64,000 nucleotides of DNA from Selaginella moellendorffii (lineage: Eukaryota; Plantae; Lycopodiophyta). The stretch lies in assembly GCF_000143415.4 (NCBI RefSeq), contig NW_003314275.1, positions 434,001-498,000 of the forward strand, in the 5' to 3' direction. Shown here piece after piece: positions 62,831 through 64,000 of the stretch. Each line of letters opens with the position of its first letter. Positions within the stretch are counted from its first letter, which is position 1. The notes under the pieces are model-generated. The model worked only from the letters and a program-made list of their open reading frames with translations. It was not told the DNA's origin and searched no databases. Made by a program: the position numbers and the translations under genes.

Positions 62831-64000
62831 TGTGAAACACAAAATCCCTAGGCCCCAAAGTGGAGCCAAAAAGGCGCCACATGGTAGTGGCCGAAGCGAA
62901 AGCCAAACAAGCGTAACACATTTGGACTAAAAGCTTCGCCTTGAAAGGTCGAGAGCGGGGGTGGAACCCCCAACAAAGTGCTCGAGGAATGAGCACAAAG
63001 CGAGCAATAAGCGAGGCTCTAAAAAGGGACCCAAAAAGACCAACACATGACATGTGGAAGTGTCCGAGATGGAGTCCGAGATGGACCGAGACGGAGTCCG
63101 AGATGGAGTCCAAGATGGAGTCCGAGATAGAGTTCGAGATGGAGTCCGAGATGGACCGAGACGGAGTCCGAGACAGAGTTCGAGACAGAGTCCGAGATGG
63201 AGTCCGAGATGGACCAAGACGGAGTCCGAGATGGAGTCCGAGATGGACCGAGACAGAGTCCGAGATGGAGTCCGAGATGGATCCGAGATGGAGTCCAAGA
63301 TGGAGTCCAAGATGGAGTCTGAGATGGAATCCGAGATGGAGTCCAAGATGGACTCGAGATGGAGTCCGAGGTCGAGACCAAGACTGGGACCGAGACCGAG
63401 ACCGAGATCAGGACCGAGACCGAGGCTGAGGCCGAGACCGAGCCTGAGCCCGAGTCCGAGCCCGAGCCCGAGCCCGAGTCCGAGTCCGAGTTCGAGTCTG
63501 AGAGGGTGAAAGCCCAAAGCATTCGTCTCCCAGACTCTAGGGGGTTTGGTAAGCTCCAAAAGTATAGTAGGGGGAGGATTGCAGTGGAAGGCCAGTTTGG
63601 CCCAGGAAGGCTGTACCCAGTGTTGGGTGATGAGCTGCCCACTGAGAAGTCCAAGACTAAAGTGAACATGGACCGACAAGCGGGGTAGCTTGGTGAAGTG
63701 TTCAAGAGCCGGCGAGAGATCGACTAGCCGATGCTCTCAGTCCAAGTGTGGGTGGCACTACCTACTTGGATACTAGGCGTGGCTCAATAGAACCTCGCTC
63801 TAAGCCCATGGCTAGAGCACCCAAAGGCAGGAGGTGGGGAGAGTACCCACGAGGCTTGCGTAAGGCCATAGTGTTCCGAAATGTTGTCCCAAAGGCCCAG
63901 ACTGTGGAAAGGAAGAGGAGTAGTCCTCTGGTGTAGTGACCAAGGATACAGTCATACGGTGAGGAAGTCCCAGAGGACCGTGGGACTTAGTGGTTGGGCC
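62831..64000 (+). mobile_element. Probable LTR of another element related to B (runs off the window); hexamer array ~63060-63500
   Basis: Shares the GAGTCC array followed by GGGTGAAAGCCCAAAGC..CGTCTCCC..CCAAAAGTATAGTAGGG with the B LTRs. Left boundary (TGTGAAAC) is tentative. Confidence 0.6.

Noticed and set aside
62927-63705. Long SR/DS/LG-repeat ORFs (also 7032-7571 and 25724-25985)
   Set aside because: These are translation artefacts of stop-poor hexamer arrays within LTRs.

Overview
This window is eukaryotic, almost certainly land-plant, heterochromatin made entirely of nested transposons. The plant call rests on tRNA-iMet and tRNA-Trp primer sites, telo-boxes and ~50-bp GT-AG introns. 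No ordinary host gene is evident. The nesting below was reconstructed from target-site duplications (TSDs) read in the sequence. A Tat-like Ty3/gypsy element (A1) is split by a 36-kb insert with a 16-bp TSD, which is LINE-A. LINE-A carries a chromovirus (B, 7000-26778, TSD GTGTG) and a second LINE (LINE-B, 21-bp TSD). LINE-B carries a tandem-array TRIM. Element B carries a 12.3-kb TIR DNA transposon (4-bp TSD, Sola-like transposase). Further right, a second chromovirus (C) carries a 9-kb Mutator-like element (9-bp TSD) and an inverted second Tat-like copy (A2). The main candidate system: both unrelated DNA transposons have the same layout, a transposase plus a divergently oriented intron-containing gene for a ParB/Srx-like domain fused to a prokaryote-type beta-class amino-(N6A/N4C) methyltransferase-like domain. 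Each element is also studded with its own family of palindromic sites: about 25 x 22-bp ATGGCRTGWGGCCWCAYGCCAT in one and about 9 x GTYGGTTC-N5/6-GAACCRAC in the other, which is reminiscent of ParB-parS. A second highlight is two canonical spliceosomal introns inside the integrase of retrotransposon B. All domain calls are by-eye motif recognition; no searches were run.
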